Origin: Candidatus Kerfeldbacteria bacterium | Lineage (GTDB): Bacteria; Patescibacteriota; Patescibacteriia; UBA10025; JAHIVO01 | Length of the DNA stretch: 64,000 nt | Direction of reading: 5' to 3' | Assembly: GCA_016214565.1 (NCBI GenBank) | Contig: JACROE010000002.1 | Span: forward strand, 664,007 to 728,006 | In this document: piece after piece, positions 9,594 to 19,439 of the stretch | Numbering within the stretch: the stretch's first letter is position 1 | How the letters are laid out: each line of letters begins with the position of its first letter | The notes under the pieces: model-generated | Told to the model about the DNA's origin: nothing | Seen by the model: the letters and a program-made list of their open reading frames with translations, nothing else | Databases searched by the model: none | Program-made: the position numbers and the translations under genes

Positions 9594-11774
9594 TTATTTA
9601 GATTTTCTTCGGCGGGATTTTTTTTCTTCGGCGAGGATTTCCAGAGCGCGGGGTAATTCAATACTGAAGACATCGTCTTTTTTCAGCGAGCGGAAATCAC
9701 CATCGTGGACTATGTAGGGACCAAAGCGTCCTTTATTTGCCAATATTTCTTTTCCAGTGGTTGGGTGGGTACCGAGATTTCGTGGGAGGCTCAGATAGTG
9801 TAATGCGTCAGCTAACGTAACTGTTGTTAAATCTTTGTCCGCAGGAACACTAGCTCGCTTTGGTTTTGGATTTGCCTTCGTGCGTTCACCGATCTGGACA
9901 TAGGGTCCGAATCTGCCGTCGAGCAAGTAAATTGGTTCATCGGTATCCGGGTGCTTCCCAATAATTTGCGGTCCTTTTAATTCATCTCCATTGATCAGGA
10001 GGGCGCCATCGCATTCAGGGAAGCGTGAACAGCTCAAGAATTTACCGTTTTTGCCCAATTTGATGATCATGGGTGATTTACATTTTGGACATTCGTGTTT
10101 GGCGTCAGCATTGCCCAAGTTGGTAATTTTTTCTATATTTTCTTTAGCCTCAACATCAGCATGGAATGGCGTGTAGAAGGTTTTAAGCGTTGATTCGTAT
10201 TCTCGTTTTCCGTTAGCAATATCATCAAGCTCGTCTTCGAGTTCGGCAGTAAATGAGTCGCTAATATATTTGGCAAAATATTTTTCTAGAAATTCGCTAA
10301 CTACTTCACCCGTGTCAGTTGGTTGGAGGCGGGAGCGGTCCTTCGTGATATAACCTCGGTCAAGAATAGTTTGAATGATTGATGCATATGTGCTCGGACG
10401 GCCGATTCCACGTTTCTCCAGCTCGCGAATCAAGCCAGCCTCGGAGTAACGGGCGGGCGGCTGCGTTTGTTTCTCAATATCTACTATTTTCTGCAGGGTA
10501 AGCGGATCTCCGGCTTGTGCTCGGGGCAGGTCTACATCTTCGCCGCGAGCTTCGGGGTCAGCCAGCAGCCAACCAGGGGTAAGGACGTGGGAGCCAGTAA
10601 CCGCAAAATCGGGAATGGATTTACCAGTAACGGTAGCGCTGATTTTTGTTTTGAGAATTTTCGCGTCAATCATCTGTGAGGCGATCGTTCGCTGGCGAAT
10701 CAGCGCGTATAGTCGTTTTTGGTCGTCAGCGCTTCCGGCTGACTTTTTTGCACTATTGGTTGGGCGAATAGCCTCGTGGGCTTCTTGCGCATTTTTCGAT
10801 TGGGTTTTGTACTGCCGTTGGTTGAGATTTTCCGCGCCATATTCTTTGGTAATGACGCCAGCAATTTGCTGGAGCGCCTCGGCACTCAGCGTCGTACTGT
10901 CCGTACGCATGTACGTAATATGTCCCGCTTCATAGAGTTTTTGAGCGGCGCGCATCGTCCGTGATGGGGTGAAGCCAAGCCGACTACTGGCAGTTTGCTG
11001 AAGTGACGAAGTGATGAATGGTGCTTTGGGTGAGCGCTTGGCTTCAGTTGCTTTGACATCCGTGATTGACCATGGTCCTTGTTTACCCGCTGCAAGTATG
11101 CGATCAACTTCAGTGCGGTCGCGTGGCTCGGTGGCACAGGTGAGAGTCATGGCTTCTTTATTTTTAGTCACCATGTGCGCTTCAATCACCCAAAATGTTT
11201 CCGGGACAAACGCTCTGATTTCTCGTTCGCGCTCGACTAAGATGCGCAGCGCGGGGGATTGTACACGGCCAGCGGACAGTCCATATCTTACCTTTTTCCA
11301 GATCAGGCCGCTTAAGTCATATCCGACCAGGCGGTCAAGTACGCGACGCGCTTCTTGGGCGCGACGCAAGTTTTGATCGATTTCACGCGGGTGCGCCATG
11401 GCGTCATCAATGGCGGTTTTGGTAATTTCATGAAAGACAACTCGTTTGAGGGGTGGCAGCGTTCCAACATGCTCGGCAAGGGTGTCGGCAATATGCCAGG
11501 CAATTGCTTCTCCCTCTCGATCAGGATCGGTTGCCAGAATAATTTCTTCAGCTTTTTTAGCTAATTTTTGCAACTCTTCGACGACCTCCTTTTTTTTATC
11601 AGGAATTACATAGCGTGGGACAAAGCCGCCGGGAATATCAATGGCAGTTTTATTGCTCTTAGGCAAATCACGAATATGCCCGACACTGGCGGTGACGTGG
11701 TAGGGGGACTTAGTGCCAAGAAATTTTGTTACTGTTTTCGCTTTGGTGGGCGATTCGACAATCAGAAGTTTCAT
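9594..11774 (-). CDS. topA: DNA topoisomerase I.
   Basis: TOPRIM N-terminus MKLLIVESPTKAKT, C-terminal Cys4 zinc ribbons and a Lys-rich tail. Confidence 0.9.
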   Translation of the reverse strand: MKLLIVESPTKAKTVTKFLGTKSPYHVTASVGHIRDLPKSNKTAIDIPGGFVPRYVIPDKKKEVVEELQKLAKKAEEIILATDPDREGEAIAWHIADTLAEHVGTLPPLKRVVFHEITKTAIDDAMAHPREIDQNLRRAQEARRVLDRLVGYDLSGLIWKKVRYGLSAGRVQSPALRILVEREREIRAFVPETFWVIEAHMVTKNKEAMTLTCATEPRDRTEVDRILAAGKQGPWSITDVKATEAKRSPKAPFITSSLQQTASSRLGFTPSRTMRAAQKLYEAGHITYMRTDSTTLSAEALQQIAGVITKEYGAENLNQRQYKTQSKNAQEAHEAIRPTNSAKKSAGSADDQKRLYALIRQRTIASQMIDAKILKTKISATVTGKSIPDFAVTGSHVLTPGWLLADPEARGEDVDLPRAQAGDPLTLQKIVDIEKQTQPPARYSEAGLIRELEKRGIGRPSTYASIIQTILDRGYITKDRSRLQPTDTGEVVSEFLEKYFAKYISDSFTAELEDELDDIANGKREYESTLKTFYTPFHADVEAKENIEKITNLGNADAKHECPKCKSPMIIKLGKNGKFLSCSRFPECDGALLINGDELKGPQIIGKHPDTDEPIYLLDGRFGPYVQIGERTKANPKPKRASVPADKDLTTVTLADALHYLSLPRNLGTHPTTGKEILANKGRFGPYIVHDGDFRSLKKDDVFSIELPRALEILAEEKKSRRRKSK

Positions 11775-11882
11775 GCGATAGGTTGTCTAAATAAAAACCG
11801 TTCCCGGAGCTCGGGAGCTGGTGCTTAGATTAATGCGGTCCGATGAGACAATTGAAACATGAGGTTTTGTTTGTTCGGCCCA

Positions 11883-13010
11883 TTATGTGCGGACGTAATG
11901 GGTGCTGCCGCTGCGACGAATCGTGCCATTCATTTCTAAATTCGTTAAGGCCGTATTCACCGCGCTGCTTGGTAGTCTACTCTGTTGAAAAATTTCGTCA
12001 ATATCCACGGGGATGCTCCCAATCAGCTCGAGGAGCTGACGCTCGGCATCAGTCGTGGGGACGACTGATTTATTTTGGACTGTGTCGCTCTTCTTGTCAA
12101 GTTTGAGTAGCGCATATATATCATCTACGCGCTCTATCATCGCTGCACCATCTTTAAGTAAGTGATGTGGTCCTCGGGCATGGTCTGAGGTGATGGCACC
12201 TGGAACGGCCCCGACATCCCGGTTATAATCAACGGCTAATCGAGCAGTGATCAATGAACCCGAATCGGCCATACCCTCGATGACCACTGTGAGATGGGAT
12301 AGCCCAGCGATGATGCGGTTTCGAATGGGAAAATGCTGTTTAAATGGCGGGGTGCCAACGGGGTATTCTGAGAGGAGGCATCCGCCATGCGCGATTATCG
12401 ATTCGGCAAGCGCTGTATTGGTGCGGGGGTAGATGGTGTCGAGCCCACCAGCGAGCACGGCAATGGTCGTACCACCCATATCGAGCGTTGACTGATGAGC
12501 CAGAGTGTCTATTCCGAGCGCCAAGCCAGAAACGACGGTGATTCCTTGTGCCGCCAGCGGTTCAATTAGGAGTGGGGTGATATGTCTGCCGTACGGCGTG
12601 GTTTTTCGTGAGCCGACGACGGCGACAAGATGGTGGGTCCAGCGTGGCAGGCTGCCGCGGTAAAAGAGAAGCTGGGGCGCGTCGGGGATTTCTCGTAGGA
12701 GTGGGGGGTAGGCCTGATTTTTGATGGTGACGATATTGATCTGGTGATGCAACGTCAGTTGGTAGACTGCTTCAGGGTTAATTCGTTTTCGTTCGTCTAA
12801 CAATTGTCCGAGTCGGTGTGGCGCCACGCCGGCTCGCAGTAATGCTTCGGCTGGTGCTCGCCAAGCAGCCTCTAGGTCAGGGAAATAATCAATCAGCCGT
12901 TTCAGCGTGCGGGCGCCGATGCTGCGGCAGTGTGAAAAACCCACCCAGAATATGATATCTTTTTGCACTGTGTCCATACAGAATAAGACCTTAGGTGGGG
13001 AAGGTCTCAC
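11883..13010 (-). CDS. dprA: DNA-processing protein DprA/Smf.
   Basis: Rossmann-like DprA core (VVGSRKTTPYGRHIT...VVSGLALGIDTLAHQ) and a C-terminal winged-helix domain. Confidence 0.85.
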   Translation of the reverse strand: MRPSPPKVLFCMDTVQKDIIFWVGFSHCRSIGARTLKRLIDYFPDLEAAWRAPAEALLRAGVAPHRLGQLLDERKRINPEAVYQLTLHHQINIVTIKNQAYPPLLREIPDAPQLLFYRGSLPRWTHHLVAVVGSRKTTPYGRHITPLLIEPLAAQGITVVSGLALGIDTLAHQSTLDMGGTTIAVLAGGLDTIYPRTNTALAESIIAHGGCLLSEYPVGTPPFKQHFPIRNRIIAGLSHLTVVIEGMADSGSLITARLAVDYNRDVGAVPGAITSDHARGPHHLLKDGAAMIERVDDIYALLKLDKKSDTVQNKSVVPTTDAERQLLELIGSIPVDIDEIFQQSRLPSSAVNTALTNLEMNGTIRRSGSTHYVRT

Positions 13011-13092
13011 TAGGGACTATACCACAGTATTTATTTTCGGCAAGTGACAGGTTTGAATGGCTATGCTAAGGTAGTACTACTGGAGGTAACTC

Positions 13093-13245
13093 ATGCGTGA
13101 AATTGTTCTTGCGTTAGTGGGGATCCCCCTGCTGTCTCTCATCGGGCTGTGCTGTTTGGCTGTGCTATGGCCAATCGCCATACCATTTGGATTACTCTAT
13201 ATGGTTGCCTGGCGCAAAGCCCGTACCCCGATGGCGAAGTGCTGA
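13093..13245 (+). CDS. Candidate 50-aa hydrophobic small membrane protein, not in the ORF track.
   Basis: ATG lies 5 nt after GGAGGT. The product is MREIVLALVGIPLLSLIGLCCLAVLWPIAIPFGLLYMVAWRKARTPMAKC. It sits on the opposite strand between dprA and mfd. Confidence 0.35.
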   Translation: MREIVLALVGIPLLSLIGLCCLAVLWPIAIPFGLLYMVAWRKARTPMAKC

Positions 13246-13263
13246 TCCCGAGTGGTCAGCACT

Positions 13264-16200
13264 TTATTTTTTTTCTTCCGGATGCTGGTAGAGGCGAATA
13301 ACTTTTTTCAGTTCCTCAAGCCAGTGGTCACCGAGTTTGTCCAGGTCAATCTTCAGAGAGTCATCGGTAAATTGCCAATTAGGATTCCGCTGGAGCAGGC
13401 GGGCTAAGTTTTCTGGTTTCAAGGGGAAAAGGAATTTCAGGATGATCCGCCTTCGCCGCTGTCCATTTTCGTCAGTAATTTGCGTCGTATCTATGTGGGA
13501 CAAGTCTGTCCGTTGCGCCATGATGCGTACTTCGAGTACCTCGAAAAGATTGAGTAATGGCTGGGGGATATGGCGTTGCTCTTCTTTAGTCCGGGCGCGG
13601 ATAATAGCTTGTTTGAGCTCCGTCAGGTCCTCAATCGTAGTAACACCAGCCATTTTTTGGTAGAGGATAAGGCGCTCTTCTTCCCCGACAAATTCTTTCG
13701 GAATGTAGGCTTCCATGGGGAGATCCAGGACGATATCTCTGATTGTTTCTTGCACTTTGCCGTGCTTAAGCTCCTCAATGGCTTGAGCCAGTAACCGTGT
13801 ATATAATGAAAGGCCGATGGCGGATACTTTGCCATGTTGCTCTTTGCCGAGGATATTCCCCGCGCCGCGGATCTCCAGGTCGCGTAGGGCTAATTGGAAA
13901 CCGCTACCCAGCCGTTTTGCTGCCATCAGGGCTTGGAGTCGTTTTTTTGCGTTGCCAATTAGTTTTTTACGGTTATAAAAGAAATAAGCAAATGCTTGGC
14001 GGTCACCCCGGCCGATTCGACCACGCAGCTGGTAGAGCTGAGCTAAGCCAAAATTGGTTGAATTATCAACAATCATAGTATTCACATTTGGCAGATCTAA
14101 TCCGTTTTCAATAATTGTTGAACAAACCAAAATATTCGTTTTCATGTTATCGAAATCCGCCATAGCTTTGGCCAGCTCTTTTTCTGGGAGGCGACCATGG
14201 GCAATGCCAATTCGGGCATTTGGAATTAATTTCTGGATATCCAAAGCAGCATGGGAAATCGTTTCCACTTTGTTATGCAGATAGTACACTTGTCCGTCTC
14301 GATCAAGCTCTTTTTTGATAACGGCTTGGATGGCGGTATCGCTGTAGGGTTCAATATGCGTTTCGATGGGCAGGCGACCCTCGGGTGGGGTTTCAATGAC
14401 GCTGACATCTCGTACGCCGGACAGTGCAATATTAAGCGTGCGGGGAATAGGGGTGGCGGTTAAGGTTAAGACATGGGCCTGGGTACGCAGGGATTTGAGC
14501 CGCTCTTTTGCTTTCACGCCAAACCGCTGCTCCTCATCAATGATGATGAGGCCGAGCCGGCGGAACAGGACGTCGCTCGACAGTAGTCGGTGGGTGCCAA
14601 TGACGATATCAATCGTGCCAGCCTTGAGGCCTTCGATGGTTTCTTTTTGCTCTTTATCCGTTTCAAACCGCGACAAAATGCCAAGCGAGATGGGGAATTT
14701 TTTCAGTCGTTTTTTAAATGTGTCATAGTGTTGCTGAGTCAGGATGGTAGTTGGGGAGAGCAGCGCCACCTGTGTTTTGTTCATGACGGCTTTCAACGCG
14801 GCCCGTACCGCCACTTCTGTCTTGCCAAATCCCACATCGCCGCAGATCAGGCGATCCATGGGCGTTTCGTGCTCGAGATCATTCTTGACTGCCTTGATGG
14901 CGGAGAGCTGATCCGGCGTTTCGCGATAGGGGAAGGAGGTGGCTAGTTCGTTATCTTCAGCCGTATCTTTGCCAAAAGGTTTGATTTTCGTCATTTCCCG
15001 CTTGGCGTAGATTTTCAGAAGTTCCTGCGCCAGCACCTTGGCTTCTTGTTTTACTTTGCGGGTCAACTGGTACCATTGGCCGCCGGAGAGTCGATGCAAC
15101 TTCGGATTGGAGACGCCAATGTACTTTGAAATCTTGTCAGCACTCTCCACCGGGACGTATAGCTTGTCACGCTCGGAATATTCAAGGATAAAATATTCTT
15201 TTGTGATTCCTTCTACCACGTTTTGGGCCATGCCGGCGAATTGGCCAATGCCATGGTCTAGGTGCACCACAAAATCCCCTGGCTGTAATTCCATAATAAA
15301 TGCTTGATCCACTCGTTTTCGCGGTGATTGTTCCTCGATGACGTCACCGAATATTTCTCGGTCAGTGAGAAGTAAAAATTTACTCGGTGCATTACTAAAC
15401 CCGGAGAGCTCCCGTATCATTGGCCAGAGATGGATGGGCGCCGCTACTTTTTTTTCTTTGAATAATTTTTCCAGCTGGTGTGATTGCTGGGTAGCGATAG
15501 CGATGCGCCAATGTTGACCGGTAAATTTCTTGATATCTTCAGCCAGCTGTTCAAAACCCTTGTGGTACAGCGGGGCGTGTTCAAATGCGAGGGTACGGGC
15601 AGCGGTATCAAAATCTTTTACCACGATCCGGCTGTAGTGCTTAAATTCTTTTTCAATTGCCTCCCAATCATTAATTATTCCTGGTGGTTCAGTAATGTCG
15701 TTATAGAATAACACCGGGCGCTCCAGTGCAGACAAATATTGAGTGAAGCTGGCGCGGGTGTGGTGAGACTTAAATTTTCGCGCAATAATTTGAGCGTGTT
15801 CGACTGTTTCAGCCAGACGCTTGTCAACCGGATTGAACCACTGCATTTGCTCAATACCTGTAGCATTGAATTCAATGCGCAGTGGCCGATCTGTATTCAT
15901 GGGGAATACATCCATGATGCCGCCGTGCCGAGCGAAGTATCCCGCTTCGCTGGCGTGAGTCGAAAAATCATACCCCATGCTGATCAACTGCTGTGACAGC
16001 GCCGCTGGTTGGGTCGATTGATTCTTCGTTAGATTGAGCAGATGGTCTTCAACCACGCTCACCGCAGGAAGTTTTGCTTCTAATTGTGCCAGGTCAGCCA
16101 GGACGACGTGGGGTTCGTGGGCGCTGAGTTGTGCCAGACGGGCAGGCGTCACCTGATCGAGCTGCCACAGCCGTCGATTGATTTTATACTGACGATGCCA

Positions 16201-16416
16201 GTACTCCAGCAGTCGCTGCGCCGACGGCAATTCCTCGGTGCTTAAGAGCCAGAAAATTACCCGATGTTGCAGCTCGGGATTACGGGTTAAAAAATATGAT
16301 TGTGTAGTGAGATTAGGGAGTCCGCGAACGCCAATTTCAGACGGCGTAGCCAGCAGTCGGTTAACTGCCGTGAAAAGCGCTTCGGGATCACCCATCTCTG
16401 ATCGGGGACCAGGCAC
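13264..16416 (-). CDS. mfd: Transcription-repair coupling factor.
   Basis: Superfamily-2 helicase motifs (GDVGFGKTEVA, DEEQRFG), a CarD-like domain and a TRCF C-terminus. The product is 1050 aa. Confidence 0.9.
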   Translation of the reverse strand: MPGPRSEMGDPEALFTAVNRLLATPSEIGVRGLPNLTTQSYFLTRNPELQHRVIFWLLSTEELPSAQRLLEYWHRQYKINRRLWQLDQVTPARLAQLSAHEPHVVLADLAQLEAKLPAVSVVEDHLLNLTKNQSTQPAALSQQLISMGYDFSTHASEAGYFARHGGIMDVFPMNTDRPLRIEFNATGIEQMQWFNPVDKRLAETVEHAQIIARKFKSHHTRASFTQYLSALERPVLFYNDITEPPGIINDWEAIEKEFKHYSRIVVKDFDTAARTLAFEHAPLYHKGFEQLAEDIKKFTGQHWRIAIATQQSHQLEKLFKEKKVAAPIHLWPMIRELSGFSNAPSKFLLLTDREIFGDVIEEQSPRKRVDQAFIMELQPGDFVVHLDHGIGQFAGMAQNVVEGITKEYFILEYSERDKLYVPVESADKISKYIGVSNPKLHRLSGGQWYQLTRKVKQEAKVLAQELLKIYAKREMTKIKPFGKDTAEDNELATSFPYRETPDQLSAIKAVKNDLEHETPMDRLICGDVGFGKTEVAVRAALKAVMNKTQVALLSPTTILTQQHYDTFKKRLKKFPISLGILSRFETDKEQKETIEGLKAGTIDIVIGTHRLLSSDVLFRRLGLIIIDEEQRFGVKAKERLKSLRTQAHVLTLTATPIPRTLNIALSGVRDVSVIETPPEGRLPIETHIEPYSDTAIQAVIKKELDRDGQVYYLHNKVETISHAALDIQKLIPNARIGIAHGRLPEKELAKAMADFDNMKTNILVCSTIIENGLDLPNVNTMIVDNSTNFGLAQLYQLRGRIGRGDRQAFAYFFYNRKKLIGNAKKRLQALMAAKRLGSGFQLALRDLEIRGAGNILGKEQHGKVSAIGLSLYTRLLAQAIEELKHGKVQETIRDIVLDLPMEAYIPKEFVGEEERLILYQKMAGVTTIEDLTELKQAIIRARTKEEQRHIPQPLLNLFEVLEVRIMAQRTDLSHIDTTQITDENGQRRRRIILKFLFPLKPENLARLLQRNPNWQFTDDSLKIDLDKLGDHWLEELKKVIRLYQHPEEKK

Positions 16417-16548
16417 GGGGGGTTATTTTTACCTGCTAATTTTTGGTGTTTTTGACTGAAAATGCTCCCGGGGCATCCGGGGCTTGACAGTGCAGTTTTT
16501 CTCTGCTAACGTGTATTATTACAGTTTTTTAAAAAAAGGCAAGTCCGA

Positions 16549-16750
16549 GCGCTGCATATCAGCTGTTCGTGGATATATTTCTGCCTACCAAGCGGCGAAC
16601 GCAAGGCAACCCCTCCTAACGCTTTGTCAGTAACCCCAAGATAAGGTTATGTAGTTTATTCTATGTAATCTTACGCTTGGAGGCAGAAATATATTCGCGC
16701 TGTCACAGCCGCTCCCACATTTGTATGTTATGTGGGGGTTTTTGTTTTTA
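16549..16750 (+). ncRNA. Candidate structured small RNA, or a MITE-like element.
   Basis: A 23-bp near-perfect inverted repeat (16571-16594 against 16674-16696) encloses about 80 nt. An intrinsic terminator follows at 16714-16749 (CCCACAT...ATGTGGG then a T-run). There is no plus-strand gene upstream. Confidence 0.25.
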
Positions 16751-17765
16751 AGGCGAGTCCAGTGGCCACCGAGAGCTCAGGACCGCAGGCATCAAGGGCA
16801 GTTCGCATTTCGGGATTGAAATTGACATGTTGCCAGGTATTGCCGATGGTGCAGGGGAGTGAGAGATGTTCACTGAAGAATGAGGTGATGCCAGGGAGAT
16901 GAGCAATTCCACCGGTGAGAATGATACTGCGCACGTTTGTTTGTTTGGCAGATAAAATTCGTTTTATCTCCTTGATCAAAAAAGATTCTACAATAAATTT
17001 GATAGAAGCGGGGGCGGTATTGGCAGTCGACGCATGGATCAGAGTGGTTTCACGTCGGATCGATGAGGCGCGATCGAGGCTAATATTGAGTGCATTGGCG
17101 ATGTGTTCATCGATTGCACTGATACCAATGTTTAAGTTTCGGACGATCAGTGGCAGGTGATTGGCGAAGACAACAATGTTTGCATTATGCGCACCCATAT
17201 CAATGACTAGATGTCCGTCTGGATCGGCTGGCAGGACGGATCGTTGCAGCGCATTAATTTCAGTTTCTAGTGCCACTAATCCTAGATCGGCAGCCTTGAT
17301 AACGCGGACATACCGGTCAACTACCTCTCGAGCCGCAGCAGTGAGTACGACCGTGATAGTGCCGGCAGCTGAGGGTTCAGGCGAGACGACATGCCAATCA
17401 AGCGCCATCTTATCCAAAGGCAAGGGGATCATGCGTTTAGCTTCCCACTGTACGGCAGAGGCGAGTTCTTTTGCTGACATCGTGGGTATTTCGATCATGG
17501 TATGGAATACGTTGATCGCTGGAAGCGCGGCTACCACGCGATCAGTCGTTACCCGTGCAGCGCTTAAGAGCTGGCGGAGCGTGTTGACTGTTTCCTGGGC
17601 GTCAGCGTGGGAATCGCTGCGTACTGCCGCAGAATCATGAGCCGCTATGCCGTAGGTGACTAATCGATGCCCATTTGGTTGTGGTTCGAGCTCGACGAGC
17701 TTAATGGCGGACGAACCGAGCTCTAAGCCGATCACATTTTGGTTTTTTGGGGTAAAGAATGGCAT
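16728..17765 (-). CDS. pilM: Type IV pilus assembly ATPase-fold protein PilM.
   Basis: Actin-like fold, N-terminus ...VIGLELGSSAIKLVEL, length 345 aa. Confidence 0.8.
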   Translation of the reverse strand: MPFFTPKNQNVIGLELGSSAIKLVELEPQPNGHRLVTYGIAAHDSAAVRSDSHADAQETVNTLRQLLSAARVTTDRVVAALPAINVFHTMIEIPTMSAKELASAVQWEAKRMIPLPLDKMALDWHVVSPEPSAAGTITVVLTAAAREVVDRYVRVIKAADLGLVALETEINALQRSVLPADPDGHLVIDMGAHNANIVVFANHLPLIVRNLNIGISAIDEHIANALNISLDRASSIRRETTLIHASTANTAPASIKFIVESFLIKEIKRILSAKQTNVRSIILTGGIAHLPGITSFFSEHLSLPCTIGNTWQHVNFNPEMRTALDACGPELSVATGLALKTKTPT

Positions 17766-17772
17766 AAGTTTA

Positions 17773-18849
17773 TTATGAAATACTCAGCATAGATCGGACC
17801 AGTTGCTCATCGCTGGCGTATTCGAGTGCCGTGTCCACAGTAATTTCATTTGTTTTCGCCAGTTCGGCGAGGGACCAGTCGAGGGAAATCATTCCTTCGG
17901 CGCGTGAGGTTTGTATGACCGTTGGGAGTTGGTAGAATGATCCATCTTTGATATGGGCTTGGATAGGCGGAGTATTAAGCATCAGCTCGGCCACCGGTAT
18001 GGTGCTCCCGCCGACGCGAGGGATAAGGCGCTGGCAAATAGTGCCCATTAAATTCGACGCAAGCCGCTCCCGCATGCGCGGCTGTTCACCGCCGGGGAAA
18101 CGATTAATAATATGTTCAAGGGTTTTGACGGTGGTATTAGCTTCTACATTGGCAATCACCAGACGGCCTGAAGCAGCGATGGAAATGGCCGCGCTAATAA
18201 CTTGGGGGGTAGCTAATTCGGAGAGCACCAGGATATCTACATCTTCTTGGGTTATGGTGCGGATAGCTCGTTCGAACGATACTGCATCCCGGCCGACTTC
18301 GCGCTGCTCTATGATGCTGCGCTGGCTCGAAAAGATGTATTCGATGGGACGCTCTACCGTTAAAATATAGGCCGATCGCGTGGTATTAAAATGTTGAATC
18401 AGCGAGGCGGCGGTGGTTGTTTTCCCTGAACCAAATGAACCAGAAATAATAAGCAACCCGTGGGTAGCTTGTGCGAATTGATCGATGGCCGTCGGAAGCC
18501 CCAATTTTTCTAAAGGGATCAGCTCATTGCCAATCAGTCGTAAATAGGCGGCTAATACCCCCCGCTGATAAAAAATATTAATCCGGTAGCGCGTTTGGCG
18601 ATTGAGCTGGTAGGCGAGGATTATTTCCCGCTCTTCATCGAGTATTTTTTCCTGCTCATTATCGAGCACCACCTCGACAAACGTTTCCATGAAATCCTTG
18701 GTAATGATCGGTTCGTCAGGGAGGGGTACCAGCTCATTATGCAGGCGCATGGTTGGGGGCGTACCTACGGACAGATGAACGTCGGCAGCGCGTTTGGCGG
18801 CAATGGTCGTCAGAATGCGATCAATGGCGAGTTTTGTTTGGGTATCCAT
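17773..18849 (-). CDS. pilT: PilT/PilU-family type IV pilus retraction ATPase.
   Basis: Walker A GSFGSGKTTTAASL. The 358-aa size and His-box region fit PilT/GspE-N-less secretion ATPases. Confidence 0.7.
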   Translation of the reverse strand: MDTQTKLAIDRILTTIAAKRAADVHLSVGTPPTMRLHNELVPLPDEPIITKDFMETFVEVVLDNEQEKILDEEREIILAYQLNRQTRYRINIFYQRGVLAAYLRLIGNELIPLEKLGLPTAIDQFAQATHGLLIISGSFGSGKTTTAASLIQHFNTTRSAYILTVERPIEYIFSSQRSIIEQREVGRDAVSFERAIRTITQEDVDILVLSELATPQVISAAISIAASGRLVIANVEANTTVKTLEHIINRFPGGEQPRMRERLASNLMGTICQRLIPRVGGSTIPVAELMLNTPPIQAHIKDGSFYQLPTVIQTSRAEGMISLDWSLAELAKTNEITVDTALEYASDEQLVRSMLSIS

Positions 18850-18851
18850 AA

Positions 18852-19439
18852 TTAGTTGAAATGATTGGCGGCATGCTCCGGCGAATGGGCGCAGGCATCA
18901 GTCACAGCGGCAACGGTTCGTTTGATAAAGGCGGGTAATAATTTTTTTTCTGCTGCGGAAAACCGCTCGAGGACGAAGGCCTCGGTATCAAATGGGTGTT
19001 CGGGCCGGATTCCCATACGGAACCGTACGCAAGCGCGGGAGTGTATAGCCGTCAGGACTGAATCGACGCCGCGATGTCCGGCGGCTGATCGACCTCGGCT
19101 GATACGGAGTGTGCCAAATGAGAGATCGATATCATCATGAATGATCCAGATGCGTTCTGGTGTGAGATTGTAGAATGCCGCAATCTGTTGTACCGCAAGG
19201 CCGGACCGATTCATGAAGGTCGTTGGTTTGACGAGCAGCACATTTTTATCGGCCAGGGTAATCGTTGCCAGGGCGGCAGAAAATTTTGTCTGGAGGCGGG
19301 TTTGCGCCAGTGCGTCGATGACCTGCCAGCCGAGATTGTGCCGGGTAGCGGTATAGGTGCGGCCAGGATTGCCCAGGCCGACGAGGCAATACTCAAACAT
19401 GCTTTTTGTGGAGGTTAATACGAACTTCGGTTCCAGCAT
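18852..19439 (-). CDS. pth: Peptidyl-tRNA hydrolase.
   Basis: LVGLGNPGRTYTATRHNLGW. The more likely start is Met14 at 19400 (MFEYCLVG), which removes the overlap with der. Confidence 0.85.
   Translation of the reverse strand: MLEPKFVLTSTKSMFEYCLVGLGNPGRTYTATRHNLGWQVIDALAQTRLQTKFSAALATITLADKNVLLVKPTTFMNRSGLAVQQIAAFYNLTPERIWIIHDDIDLSFGTLRISRGRSAAGHRGVDSVLTAIHSRACVRFRMGIRPEHPFDTEAFVLERFSAAEKKLLPAFIKRTVAAVTDACAHSPEHAANHFN

Noticed and set aside
11790-11835. Hairpin TCCCGgagctCGGGA plus T-run between dprA and topA, as a terminator.
   Set aside because: It lies only ~40 nt upstream of the topA start on the same strand and is weak, with a 5-bp stem. It may be an attenuator, but that is too speculative to list as a feature.
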